Made by a program: the position numbers and the translations under genes
Notes under the pieces: model-generated
Seen by the model: the letters and a program-made list of their open reading frames with translations, nothing else
What the model was told of the DNA's origin: nothing
Databases searched by the model: none
Source: Limnochordia bacterium
GTDB taxonomy: Bacteria > Bacillota > Limnochordia > DTU080
Length of the DNA stretch: 64,000 bases
Assembly: GCA_050951545.1 (NCBI GenBank)
Contig: JBMNJG010000007.1
Coordinates: 96,001 to 160,000, forward strand
Direction: 5' to 3'
Part shown: positions 48,201 through 56,914 of the stretch, piece by piece
Position numbering within the stretch: position 1 is the stretch's first letter
Layout of the letters: every line of letters begins with the position of its first letter

Positions 48201-48790
48201 AGCATGGCTTCATCGCGACCATTGGTTTTGAGCTCTACTGTAAGCTTCTTGAGGAATCTGTCAAGGAGCTGCGTGGTGAGCTTGTATCACTGCCACCCGA
48301 GCCAGTGATTGACCTCACGGTAGACGCCTATGTACCTGATAGCTACGTGCCCGATTCGCAGCAGAAAGTGGAGATTTACAAGAAGGTAGTCACCTTGCGC
48401 AATCAGAAGGATGTGCAGGAGCTCGAGGAAGAGATAGAAGATCGCTTTGGCGACCTCCCTCAGGCGGTGCGCAATCTGCTTAGTGTAGCGCGTATCAAGG
48501 ATTTCGCCAGGAACCTCGGCGTGAGTGCTATCGCCGTGGAACGTGATGGCGTAGTTTTGAAGCTGCACACGGGGCTGACCATTCCCCGGGACGTGGCCAA
48601 CCATCTGACTCGCCGTTTTAGGGGACGTCTAGTGGTGCTTCCCTCCCGGGCAAACAACGTAAAGTTGCGTTCGCGAGGGCTCACAGATCCGCAGTTGCTG
48701 GCTTTCATAGAGGAAGTTCTCAACGAGATGTATCTGGCGTGGCATGTAGCACCAGCAGCTCGCGAGGCGGCGCTGGTGAATAATCGGTAG
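45209..48790 (+). CDS. mfd: Transcription-repair coupling factor
   Basis: RGGIIDVF, HGIGRY, GDVGYGKTEVA, DEEQRFG, TATPIPRT, QLRGRVGR. Confidence 0.97.
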   Translation: MAIDALLGVVSQSAEFAQIRDGLARARSEQLVSGLSGSQKSLYVAALFRSISLRRGMPLLVVTHSSWEADRLRTDLLSLLPPDQVQLFPALETLPHEEVSRSVELTRERLTVLDSITTGKSVLVVASVQALSERILPSSQLFGRAVEIDMDSRVDLADFGGRLVQLGYERVDRVDAPGHFSIRGGIIDVFPFSLPQPVRLELFDDEVDSIRFFSLANQRSTEKIAKVRIPPAREFLYPESDRMAALESIEATAVTQVAKLRRLGHVTAAESLCKRVDTHLEKLSEGVFFEGMDQFKPFFHQALCTLVEYFPDDAPVIVDEPSRTAEHARAFENETGERQGLLLEKGRTLPTEANLYASWPDLLHSMRRHPTLFMSGLLKRTPGVDPVRVIQIASRTPDIYHGRLDRLAAEVKAWRRARLHICLVLSTPERGARVVEAFKDEGVEALFVPEMNGELKRGNVVVTLGQLTSGGELPSSGLVLLTDNEVFGREKRRRRVRGDEPRGTRIAGFGDLKIGDYVVHDNHGIGRYLGVDTLSIGGVHKDYLVVQYQGEDKLFVPTDQVNLLQRYVGVEGHPPKLYKLGGTEWTRVKKRVKESVQEMAQGLLRLYAEREAISGYAFSPDTVWQQQFEDAFPFQETPDQLRAIQEVKADMEQSRPMDRLLCGDVGYGKTEVAIRAAFKAVMDGKQVAVLVPTTILAQQHGRTFQERFNGYPIKIRVLSRFQSAAEQTAIIKGLAKGDIDIVIGTHRLLSKDVVFRDLGFVVVDEEQRFGVAQKERLKEITKKVDVLTLTATPIPRTLHMSMVGVRDMSVIETPPEDRFPIRTYVVEHDEDMVREAVMREMVRDGQVYFVYNRVQNIDNMAMRLSAVVPEARIAVAHGQMDEEELEQIMLEFLDGQYDVLLCSTIIETGMDISNVNTLIVYDADHLGLAQLYQLRGRVGRSNRVAYAYFTYKRDKVLSEDAEKRLSAIKEFTELGSGFRIALRDLEIRGAGNILGPEQHGFIATIGFELYCKLLEESVKELRGELVSLPPEPVIDLTVDAYVPDSYVPDSQQKVEIYKKVVTLRNQKDVQELEEEIEDRFGDLPQAVRNLLSVARIKDFARNLGVSAIAVERDGVVLKLHTGLTIPRDVANHLTRRFRGRLVVLPSRANNVKLRSRGLTDPQLLAFIEEVLNEMYLAWHVAPAAREAALVNNR

Positions 48791-48911
48791 CGCTGCGTTA
48801 TATACTACCAGCGCCAGAAAGTGCCATGCGCGTTGGAGCGGGCATAGTGTTTCTGGCCGGGGAAGGCATCCGAAGAAGCGGAAACCCCTGCTGGAAGGAG
48901 GTCCCGCAAGT

Positions 48912-49451
48912 TTGAAAGCAACCGGTATTGTACGCCGGATTGACGATTTGGGGCGTGTGGTCATCCCCAAAGAGATACGTCGCACTTTGCGTATTCGGGA
49001 AGGCGATCCCTTAGAGATATTTGTCGACCGAGAGGGTGAAGTAATCCTAAAGAAATATTCTCCCATCGGCGAGCTAAGCGATTTTGCTCAGCAGTATACG
49101 GACTCATTGGCGGAGACGACGGGTCATCTGACGCTGATCACGGACCGCGACGTGGTGGTGGCCGTTTCGGGAGGGGCCAGAAAGGAATGGCTAAACAGGG
49201 ACGTGCATGCTGTCGTTGACACGGCAATGACCAGCAGACAGACTCAAGTTGTGACGAGGCCGAGTGAGGATGAAGGTACCGAGGACATCTGGGATTTTGC
49301 TGCCTGGGTCGTCGCACCGATTATCGCCGAAGGCGATCCAATTGGCGCCGTTATCTTGGGTACGCGAGAGTCAGGGCGCAAGGTAGGCGACCTTGAGGAA
49401 AAACTTGCTGAGACAGCAGCTGGTTTTCTCGCGAAGCAGATGGAGCAGTAG
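48912..49451 (+). CDS. spoVT: Stage V sporulation protein T
   Basis: KATGIVRRIDDLGRVVIPKEIRR...AAGFLAKQME; TTG start. Confidence 0.97.
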   Translation: MKATGIVRRIDDLGRVVIPKEIRRTLRIREGDPLEIFVDREGEVILKKYSPIGELSDFAQQYTDSLAETTGHLTLITDRDVVVAVSGGARKEWLNRDVHAVVDTAMTSRQTQVVTRPSEDEGTEDIWDFAAWVVAPIIAEGDPIGAVILGTRESGRKVGDLEEKLAETAAGFLAKQMEQ

Positions 49452-49468
49452 GAGACTACGGATCTGGC

Positions 49469-49497
49469 AGAGCCTACCGCATGACGGTAGGCTTTTT
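49469..49497 (+). terminator. Intrinsic terminator after spoVT
   Basis: AGCCTACCG...CGGTAGGCT followed by a T-run. Confidence 0.85.
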
Positions 49498-49541
49498 CCT
49501 GTTTTGCAGCACAACTCACAGTAGTAGATCGTCCATATAGC

Positions 49542-49566
49542 AGGGGTGAGGCCTTGTGTGAAGAAG
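49542..49566 (+). promoter_or_regulatory. SigmaH-like promoter
   Basis: (GC)AGGG-N17-GAAG. Confidence 0.35.
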
Positions 49567-49641
49567 CAGTTGCCAACAGACGCCTATGAGCGAGTACACA
49601 TGTCCGCACAGCACAACACGATTTTCTAGGGGGAGGATTGC

Positions 49642-50469
49642 ATGATACGTCTATCGGCGTTTGCAGACGAGATCTCCAAGGACCTAACAGAGCAACTCGA
49701 TGTCTTGGAGTCGGAGTCCATTAGGTTTGTGGAACTACGTGGAGTCTGGGGCAAGAACGTGACGAATCTTAGTGACGATGAAGTGGCGACGATTGGTGAG
49801 ACCCTTCGCAGCCGCAATGTGGGGGTGTCGTGTATTGGTTCGCCGATCGCCAAGGTTGGCATTGAGGATGATTTCGAGCCGCATTTTGCCAAGTTTCGGC
49901 GCATCATGACCATCTCTAAGGCTCTGAACGCTCGCTATATCCGAATCTTCTCGTTTTACATACCCGCTGGCGCTGATCCCGCCAAGTATCGTACTGAGGT
50001 ATTGGGCCGTATGCAGACCATGGTGGAGGCAGCTGCGGCGGAAGGCCTTATTCTCCTTCATGAGAATGAGAGTAACATCTATGGCGACACGGGCGAGCGT
50101 TGTGTGGATCTGCTTTCGACTATCGACTCACCGCATTTACGCGCCATCTTTGACCCCGCCAATTTCGTGCAAGTGGGGCAGAGACCATTCGAGGAATGCT
50201 GGGAGGGCATCAAGCCCTATCTTGAGTACTTGCATATCAAAGACGCGGTACTAGCCACACGTAAGGTGGTACCAGCGGGGCACGGCGACGGCGGACTGAG
50301 GCAGATTGTGACCAGTCTGAAGGCCATGGACTTCGACGGGTTTGCTTCTCTGGAACCTCATCTAGCCGCGGCGGGGCGCATGTCAGGCTTCTCGGGGCCC
50401 GACCTCTTCCGGGTCGCAGCCCAGGCGTTCAAGAAGCTGCTGGCGGAAGCGGATCTCGCGTGGTCTTAG
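49642..50469 (+). CDS. Sugar phosphate isomerase/epimerase (TIM barrel)
   Basis: SAFADEI, IGSPIAK, HENE, FDPANF, HIKD, LEPHL. Confidence 0.88.
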   Translation: MIRLSAFADEISKDLTEQLDVLESESIRFVELRGVWGKNVTNLSDDEVATIGETLRSRNVGVSCIGSPIAKVGIEDDFEPHFAKFRRIMTISKALNARYIRIFSFYIPAGADPAKYRTEVLGRMQTMVEAAAAEGLILLHENESNIYGDTGERCVDLLSTIDSPHLRAIFDPANFVQVGQRPFEECWEGIKPYLEYLHIKDAVLATRKVVPAGHGDGGLRQIVTSLKAMDFDGFASLEPHLAAAGRMSGFSGPDLFRVAAQAFKKLLAEADLAWS

Positions 50470-51986
50470 GGTTGCTTCTGTGGCTTTTCGGCCCTCTTGG
50501 CCTCGTTCCAGTAGGCATCCATCTCACTTAGCGTCATTTCATCCAGAGTCTGCCCCTTGCGGGCAGCACTCTGTTCTATGAACCGAAAACGACGAGCAAA
50601 TTTCCCTGTTGTTTGGCGTAATGCCGCCTCCGGATCTATCCTAAGATAACGAGCAACATTGACGATCGCGAAGAGGACATCGCCCAACTCCATGCTTCGC
50701 TCACTGTCACTACCTGCAGTGATCACCGCTGCCAGTTCGTCAACTTCCTCGTTTAGCTTGTCCCAGGCACCATCTAAGCTCTCCCACTCAAAGCCGACGA
50801 GCGCGGCTCTCTTTTGTGTCTTCTCGGCGAGCATCAGGGCTGGCAGATGGCGTGGCAGACCGCTGAGCAAACTCTCCTTCTGGGTTGCCTCCTGAACACC
50901 GCTCTCGGATCGCTCCGCCTGTTTGATCGCTTCCCAGTTACGTAACACGGTTTGCGCGTCGGCTGCTTCCACGGTGCCAAAGACATGCGGATGGCGTCTT
51001 TTCATCTTAGCGGTGATAGCGTGTACGACATCGTCTATGGTGAACGCGCCACTCTGTGTGGCCAGCTGGGCGTGGAAGACGACTTGGAGCAATACATCAC
51101 CCAACTCCTCGCACAACGCCTCATAGTCGCGGGCCTCGATGGCATCGATCACCTCATAGGTCTCCTCTATGAGAAAGCGGCCAAGGGAGCTATGGGTCTG
51201 TTCGCGGTCCCATGGACATCCATCGGGAGCCAGCAGTTTCTGCATCACTTCGGTCAATGGATCGAGGGGGTGTACAGACGTGGGACAAGGAGCACCCGGG
51301 ATCTCTGGTACGAGTAGGGAGGTCAAGTGGTCGATGCGCTGCCGATCGACGTCGTGCAGCGGGATGTGGTGTACGTGCTCTTCTGGGACTCCTGCCGCTT
51401 GGATGAGTACCACAGGGGTAGCTGGATCCAGCCTTTCCAACAAGCGGAGCTTGAGTTGGGAGGCCACAAAGCCGTCGTGGAGCTGAAGAAATATGGCAGC
51501 TCGCTGAGGCACCCACTGCTCGGGCCGAAAGGTGAGGGCGTCATAGATCTGTAGCCCGGCAACAGGGTCAAACTGGGTGGCAGTGAGAATGGCATCCAGG
51601 GCACTCATGCTAGGCACGACGGCGACAGTCAATGCTTGGCGCTCAGCCTTTTGCATGATCAGGCGTACGGTGTCTTCGGCGACGAACGGATGCCCCGGAA
51701 CTGCGTAAGCCACTGGCCCCTGGGACGCGGCAGTCAACACCTGGTCAGCAATCTGCTGGTAAAGCTGCTCGAATGTGGTTGCTTGCATATAAAGATCATC
51801 GAAACTAGAGAAGCGTATGCCCCGGGAAGCAAGCTCTTGCACCGTAGGGTGAACAGCTGTCCGCAGAAAGAGCAGCTCTGCGTCCTGAAGAGCTTGCCAA
51901 GCGCCCACTGACAGTTGCTCAAATGCACCGGGGCCAAGTCCGATAATGGTTATAGCAGCTTTTTCACGTCTGTCGTTTGCGCGCAC
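50466..51986 (-). CDS. mazG: YabN: tetrapyrrole-methylase-like domain + MazG nucleotide pyrophosphohydrolase
   Basis: IGLGPG, YAVPGHP; GCPWDREQT, EETYE, EELGD, RRHPHVF, ELGDVLF; GTG start after GGAGG. Confidence 0.93.
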   Translation of the reverse strand: MRANDRREKAAITIIGLGPGAFEQLSVGAWQALQDAELLFLRTAVHPTVQELASRGIRFSSFDDLYMQATTFEQLYQQIADQVLTAASQGPVAYAVPGHPFVAEDTVRLIMQKAERQALTVAVVPSMSALDAILTATQFDPVAGLQIYDALTFRPEQWVPQRAAIFLQLHDGFVASQLKLRLLERLDPATPVVLIQAAGVPEEHVHHIPLHDVDRQRIDHLTSLLVPEIPGAPCPTSVHPLDPLTEVMQKLLAPDGCPWDREQTHSSLGRFLIEETYEVIDAIEARDYEALCEELGDVLLQVVFHAQLATQSGAFTIDDVVHAITAKMKRRHPHVFGTVEAADAQTVLRNWEAIKQAERSESGVQEATQKESLLSGLPRHLPALMLAEKTQKRAALVGFEWESLDGAWDKLNEEVDELAAVITAGSDSERSMELGDVLFAIVNVARYLRIDPEAALRQTTGKFARRFRFIEQSAARKGQTLDEMTLSEMDAYWNEAKRAEKPQKQP

Positions 51987-52107
51987 CTTCGTCAGCCTCC
52001 TGTGTATGGCTGTTGCATGTGAGAAGGACCTATCCAAGGGAGGGCATACTCGCTTAGAGCGGATCCCTCGGACAGGCCCTCTCGCGGAGTCCGTGTTACG
52101 CGTATGA

Positions 52108-52383
52108 CTACTTGCGCACAGCCTCTTTTAGCTGCTTGCCAGCCTTGAATGCAGGACTCTTGGAAGCCGGGATCTCGATAGGCTCTTTGGTAGCGGGATT
52201 GATGCCGCTTCTGGCCGCACGGTCCCTTACCTCAAAAGTCCCAAAACCGACAAGGCTGACCTTCTCCCCACGACTGAGCGTGTCTGCAATGGCCTCGAGA
52301 GTAGCATCGACAACATCACTCACGGCTTTTCTAGTAAGACCGGTGGCTTCAGCCACTGCGGCGATAAGCTCGCTCTTGTTCAT
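52108..52383 (-). CDS. hup: DNA-binding protein HU
   Basis: MNKSELI, GFGTF, NPAT, PAFKAGK. Confidence 0.97.
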   Translation of the reverse strand: MNKSELIAAVAEATGLTRKAVSDVVDATLEAIADTLSRGEKVSLVGFGTFEVRDRAARSGINPATKEPIEIPASKSPAFKAGKQLKEAVRK

Positions 52384-52418
52384 TCACATTACCTCCCCTG
52401 CCCATTGTACGGGCTTCT

Positions 52419-52445
52419 ATTCTTGTTGCCTTCCTCAAATCCTGC
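52419..52445 (-). promoter_or_regulatory. SigmaH promoter of hup
   Basis: GCAGGATTT-N14-GAAT, a near-consensus match. Confidence 0.7.
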
Positions 52446-52613
52446 TTATCTGGGCAAGACAGGGTGCCGAAAAAACTGATTCCAGGGCTTTTTCTGGCTC
52501 TCTGCACTTCATGTTTTCCCTTTTCATTGTCGGAATAACCCTACAGGGTTCAGCTACACACTACACAGGTAACACTTGCCGTTCATGTAGTCTCTAGAGA
52601 GCGAGGGATCAAT

Positions 52614-53567
52614 ATGTATTCTGCTCGAACAAGGCGAGCACTGATTCTGCTGTTGGCAGCCACTCTGGCGGTTGTAGGTTGTGGTCGACGCAGGGCTGAG
52701 CTTGGCGAAGAACCCAAAGTCACAGTGGTCATCAACCCCGATACCGGGGAGAAGAAGACACTGCCTATTGAGGAGTATGTCAAGGGCGTCGTAGGCGGAG
52801 AGATGGGGCGTCTGCCTTCTGCTGAAGGAGAGGAGCAGGACTGGCCAGAAAATGCCTATGCCGCGCAGGCGATTCTGGCACGCTCGTTCACGATGGAGTA
52901 TCTCTCGCGTCACCCGGATGGCGAGATCTCTACCGACGTGGAGGAAGCTCAGGCTTACAATCCTGACAACATCACCCCCGTCATATCTAAGGCTGTCGAC
53001 AAGACGCGGGGCGAGGTCCTGATGGAGGGTGATTCCTATGTGACTACCTGGTTTCACTCTTATAGTGGTGGTCGCACTGCTGACGCAGCAGAGGGCCTCA
53101 ACTATACCAAGCCAGAGAGACACACGAGATCCGTTGAGCTCCCTGCGAACGAGTACGTTCCAGAGGAACGTAGGCGGTGGACAACAACCGTCTCACTGAG
53201 TGAGATCACACAGGCTCTTGCTGCCAAGGGCATTGACGTGGGCCAGGTAAGCGATATCCGAGTGAATCAGCGGGGGCCGTCTGGCCGAATTACGGAACTT
53301 GGCATCACCGGGACATCTGGCGCAACCTCAATGCACGGCGCTGAGTTTCGGTTAGCTGTGGGCGCGGAAAAGATGCAGTCAACTCTCGTGGATCAGAACG
53401 GACTAACTGTCACTGGCAAGCAGGTCACGATCCGTGGTATGGGGTTTGGCCACGGGGTCGGGATGTCACAATGGGATGCGTACAAGATGGCGAAGGAAGG
53501 GCGCCAGCCTGCTCAGATCGTCTTGAGCTTCTTTCAGAACGTGAGTGTGCAGAAGCGATGGAAATGA
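52614..53567 (+). CDS. SpoIID/LytB-domain lipoprotein
   Basis: Lipobox-like AVVGC; EEYVKGVV.GEM, AQAILARS, FHS.SGG.T, GFGHGVGMSQ. Confidence 0.88.
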   Translation: MYSARTRRALILLLAATLAVVGCGRRRAELGEEPKVTVVINPDTGEKKTLPIEEYVKGVVGGEMGRLPSAEGEEQDWPENAYAAQAILARSFTMEYLSRHPDGEISTDVEEAQAYNPDNITPVISKAVDKTRGEVLMEGDSYVTTWFHSYSGGRTADAAEGLNYTKPERHTRSVELPANEYVPEERRRWTTTVSLSEITQALAAKGIDVGQVSDIRVNQRGPSGRITELGITGTSGATSMHGAEFRLAVGAEKMQSTLVDQNGLTVTGKQVTIRGMGFGHGVGMSQWDAYKMAKEGRQPAQIVLSFFQNVSVQKRWK

Positions 53568-53669
53568 GATTCGAAGCGGCGCCGCAGTTTCCGTATGTAT
53601 CCATCGCTACCCCTTCCGCATACACATGAAAGAGATGAGGTGCACTGGGTAAGGGGGAGGTGCGTGTCG

Positions 53670-53999
53670 ATGTCGATGCGCAGTCCTGCAGAGAGAGTGG
53701 GCAGTGGGGTCCAAAGCACATCGCAACGCGTCAGCGCGCGCCGGCATCAGTTGACGCTAAAGGCCCGGGAGAATCTCACGATGGATGGCGTGGTACGTGT
53801 AGAGAGTTTCGACGACAACGAAGTTGTGTTAGAGACCGATGAGGGACTCATGGTCGTTCGAGGCGAGGGTCTGAATATCAAGGAGCTTAATCTGGAGGCT
53901 GGGACGCTGCGTGTCGATGGTCTGGTGCGTACTCTGGAGTACATGGGGGCGACCTTGGGGCAGAAGAGTCGGGGTTTTCTCGCGAAACTCTTTAAGTAG
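53670..53999 (+). CDS. yabP: Sporulation protein YabP
   Basis: RENLTMDGV..VESFD, GEGL.I..LNLE.G. Confidence 0.92.
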   Translation: MSMRSPAERVGSGVQSTSQRVSARRHQLTLKARENLTMDGVVRVESFDDNEVVLETDEGLMVVRGEGLNIKELNLEAGTLRVDGLVRTLEYMGATLGQKSRGFLAKLFK

Positions 54000-54028
54000 T
54001 CAGGCCCTCTGCAACGAGAGGTGAGCGC

Positions 54029-54505
54029 ATGCTACCCATGGCCTCGCAGGTGCTCGTACTGGTGTTTATGGTTGTGGCCGGATTTGCGGTCGGCTTCATG
54101 TTTGATGTCTACCGCGTCATTCGATCTCTTGTGCGTCCAAGCCGCCGGGCGAGTGTGTTCATGGATCTCGCCTTCTGGCTTCTGGCCACTCCGGTCATCT
54201 TCCTGATTTTGGTAGCCTGTAACTGGGGTCAGCTACGTCTCTACGTCTTTTTGGGCATGGCCCTGGGGCTCTTCTGCTATTTTCAGTTGCTGAGCGAGGC
54301 CGTGCTATGGATTCTGATTCACGGGTTTCGGTCTGCGACGAACAAGACTACGGCGACCATTTGCGCTCTTATGAGGCTTGCCAGCGGTCCTGTCATGGTG
54401 TTGAACAGCGTAAAACGCTGCGTTCGCCGATATCGACGTCCACCGATGGCGGGTAGACGGTGGGTCTTCCGGGCAAGCCGCTCCTGGCCCTTCTTTCGGC
54501 GTTGA
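54029..54505 (+). CDS. yabQ: Spore cortex biosynthesis protein YabQ
   Basis: FDVYR, DLAFW, NWGQLRLY; follows yabP. Confidence 0.9.
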   Translation: MLPMASQVLVLVFMVVAGFAVGFMFDVYRVIRSLVRPSRRASVFMDLAFWLLATPVIFLILVACNWGQLRLYVFLGMALGLFCYFQLLSEAVLWILIHGFRSATNKTTATICALMRLASGPVMVLNSVKRCVRRYRRPPMAGRRWVFRASRSWPFFRR

Positions 54506-54589
54506 TGCTTGGCAGGGCAGGGAATGAAGACGCTGATGTAGAAAACAAATAGGCCAGAACGCCTTCGGTTGAAGGGGGTGTCGGCGTAT

Positions 54590-54991
54590 ATGCAGCGTTC
54601 AGAGACACTATCCGCGGCAACCGCAGGTACCACACGTCCGCGCAGACGTCGCCGGCGCAAAGTCACGGCTCGCTTTTACCGCCTTGTGCTTCTGTTGATA
54701 GTCGCCTTGGTGGTAGGCTCATATGGCATCGCCATATGGCGTGTCAAGCAGGTTGACAGGCAGATAGTGATGACTCGCCGTGCGCTTATGGCTGTGAGAA
54801 TGCGTAACGACCAGTTGCTCGAGGAGCTAGGGCGGGTCTCGAGTGACGACTATGTGGAGGCCGCGGCGCGTGAGGATCTGGGTCTTGTGGGTGAGGGCGA
54901 AACGGCTTTTGTGGTGGTTAAGCCCGAAGATGCGGTGAGCCCTTTTGAGGTAGAACGTCGCAAACATGCGATCAGGGGCGAGGGTTGGTGA
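54590..54991 (+). CDS. divIC: Septum formation initiator DivIC/FtsB
   Basis: Basic N-terminus, TM, coiled coil, YVE..AR..LG. Confidence 0.88.
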   Translation: MQRSETLSAATAGTTRPRRRRRRKVTARFYRLVLLLIVALVVGSYGIAIWRVKQVDRQIVMTRRALMAVRMRNDQLLEELGRVSSDDYVEAAAREDLGLVGEGETAFVVVKPEDAVSPFEVERRKHAIRGEGW

Positions 54992-55045
54992 GTCGAAGGG
55001 TAAGTTGGCGATCACAGCCAGACGAAGAAGAAATGTTCGGTCATA

Positions 55046-55074
55046 TTGACACTTCGCAGCCCCTGTGGTACAAT
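55046..55074 (+). promoter_or_regulatory. SigmaA promoter of yabR
   Basis: TTGACA-N17-TACAAT with extended TG. Confidence 0.8.
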
Positions 55075-55129
55075 GCCAGAGCCGGGTATCAGATCTCGGG
55101 AAAATCTCATAGGAGGAATTCACTCTCGT

Positions 55130-55543
55130 ATGGCCATTGAGGTCGGCAGTATTTTGGAGGGCAAGGTAACAGGAATTACCAACTTCGGTGCTTTTGTCCA
55201 GCTTGACGGTGGGGTTACCGGATTGGTGCATATCTCGGAGGTAGCCGATGCCTATGTTAAGGACATCAAGGACTATCTCCAAGAGAGTCAGATGGTAAAA
55301 GTCAAGGTGATCAATGTTTCCAATGGTAAGGTCGGGCTCTCCATCAAACAGGTGAACACTGATGGGGTCCGCGATTTTCGTTCAAATCGCAGACCAGGTG
55401 GCCGTCCAAGTGGCCGTTCGCGGGGTGGATTTGAGGACAAGCTTAGCCGGTTTCTCAAAGACAGCGATGAGCGGTTGTCAAGTCTTCGTCGCAACCAGGA
55501 TAGCAAGCGGGGCGGTAGAGGCACCAAGCGTGATTTTGCCTAA
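55130..55543 (+). CDS. yabR: S1-domain RNA-binding protein YabR
   Basis: GKVTGITNFGAFV, GLVHISE, FEDKLSRFLKDS. Confidence 0.93.
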   Translation: MAIEVGSILEGKVTGITNFGAFVQLDGGVTGLVHISEVADAYVKDIKDYLQESQMVKVKVINVSNGKVGLSIKQVNTDGVRDFRSNRRPGGRPSGRSRGGFEDKLSRFLKDSDERLSSLRRNQDSKRGGRGTKRDFA

Positions 55544-55616
55544 CTAACGGTGTTAAAACTGGTTTGCTCCGGCTCGTATAGGCGTGGATAAGCGCCAGTG
55601 AGGAAGTTGTAGATGT

Positions 55617-55649
55617 GGGGTCCGCCATTTGCGGGCCCTTCCTTTTTTT
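55617..55649 (+). terminator. Intrinsic terminator after yabR
   Basis: GGGTCCGC-CATTT-GCGGGCCC followed by a T-rich tail. Confidence 0.7.
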
Positions 55650-55742
55650 GCCAACACGCACATGGTGACTGCAATGCACATGTGGCGTTGGAACAGTTGC
55701 ATAAGTCAACGTGTGCTAAGAGAGTTCTGCAATAGGATAGGC

Positions 55743-55767
55743 AGGGATGTGGGTATGCAGGCTGAAT
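55743..55767 (+). promoter_or_regulatory. SigmaH-like promoter
   Basis: (GC)AGGG-N17-GAAT. Confidence 0.5.
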
Positions 55768-55831
55768 GAAGTGCTATGAGGCAGGCACATCCATATGCGG
55801 CCAGACATCACATGTAGGGAAGTGAGCATTA

Positions 55832-56911
55832 GTGACTGTACGGATTGGGATTATTGGCACTGGTGGTATCTCCCGTTCGCATCTCGTCAATCTGGTCTGT
55901 AATCCTGATGTGGAAGTAGTGGGCTTGTGTGATATCGTCGCTGAGCAGATCGATAAAACCAGACAGGTCGTGAACAGGCACGTCGACAAAGAGATTGAGG
56001 CGGGGCGGTCTGCGAAGAAGCTCGACGCAGCGGCTTATTCGGACTATCGTGAGATGCTCCGCAAAGAGCACCTTGATGGAGTCTATCTGTGCCTGCCGCC
56101 TTACGTGCATGGTGACCCCGAAGAAGCGGTGATCGAAGCCGGGATTCCTGTGCTCATTGAGAAGCCCGTCACGCTTGAGCTGCCTTTGGCGGCACGTATT
56201 CTCGATGGCATCAGGCGCAAGGGTCTGATCAATGCTTCGGGCTATCAACTGCGCTACAGCCCCCAGATCGCGAAGGCCAAAGAGATCCTTTCCGGCAAGA
56301 CCATCGGCATGGCGGTGGCGATGCGTTTTGGTGGGACGCCGGGAACTCCTTGGTACACTAAGCAGAGTACCTGCGGAGGTCAGTTGGTCGAACAGGCGAC
56401 GCACCATGTCGATCAGCTGCGTTACCTTGTTGGCGAGGTAGAGACGGTCTATGCTTCCGCTGCTCTGCGTATCAACAACAAGGACAACCCTGAGTACGAT
56501 ATATTCGACGTTAACTGCATGACAATGGCCTTTGCCAATGGCGTCACGGCCAACTTCGCCAACAGCCTCATATCTGGCTACGGCACACCGCCTGAAGCTA
56601 GAGGCGTTCATGTGTTCGCTGATGGTGTCACTGTGTCGCTACCTCTGGGGCGTCCGCTCAGGGTCATTTCATCTGAGGGGACACAGGAGTTCCCTGACAG
56701 CAGCAGTCCCATGGCGTTGGAAGACGCTGCCTTCGTCGAGGCCATCAAGACGGGCGATGCCTCGCTCATTAAGTCCGACTACCTCAGCGGCATTCGCACC
56801 CTGGCGGTGACGATTGCCGGAGAACGTTCGGCCCGTACCGGCAAACCAGTCAATGTACCAGCGTTGTTAGAGGCTGAAGCGCCGAACGCTGCACTGACCG
56901 GAGGGAAGTAG
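55832..56911 (+). CDS. Gfo/Idh/MocA family oxidoreductase
   Basis: IGIIGTGGI, IEKP, GYQLRY, GGQLVEQATH. Confidence 0.9.
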   Translation: MTVRIGIIGTGGISRSHLVNLVCNPDVEVVGLCDIVAEQIDKTRQVVNRHVDKEIEAGRSAKKLDAAAYSDYREMLRKEHLDGVYLCLPPYVHGDPEEAVIEAGIPVLIEKPVTLELPLAARILDGIRRKGLINASGYQLRYSPQIAKAKEILSGKTIGMAVAMRFGGTPGTPWYTKQSTCGGQLVEQATHHVDQLRYLVGEVETVYASAALRINNKDNPEYDIFDVNCMTMAFANGVTANFANSLISGYGTPPEARGVHVFADGVTVSLPLGRPLRVISSEGTQEFPDSSSPMALEDAAFVEAIKTGDASLIKSDYLSGIRTLAVTIAGERSARTGKPVNVPALLEAEAPNAALTGGK

Positions 56912-56914
56912 GCC

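Noticed and set aside
48820-48850. SigmaG promoter for spoVT
   Set aside because: CATAGTG is present and sigmaG control is expected, but I could not place a -35 at convincing spacing
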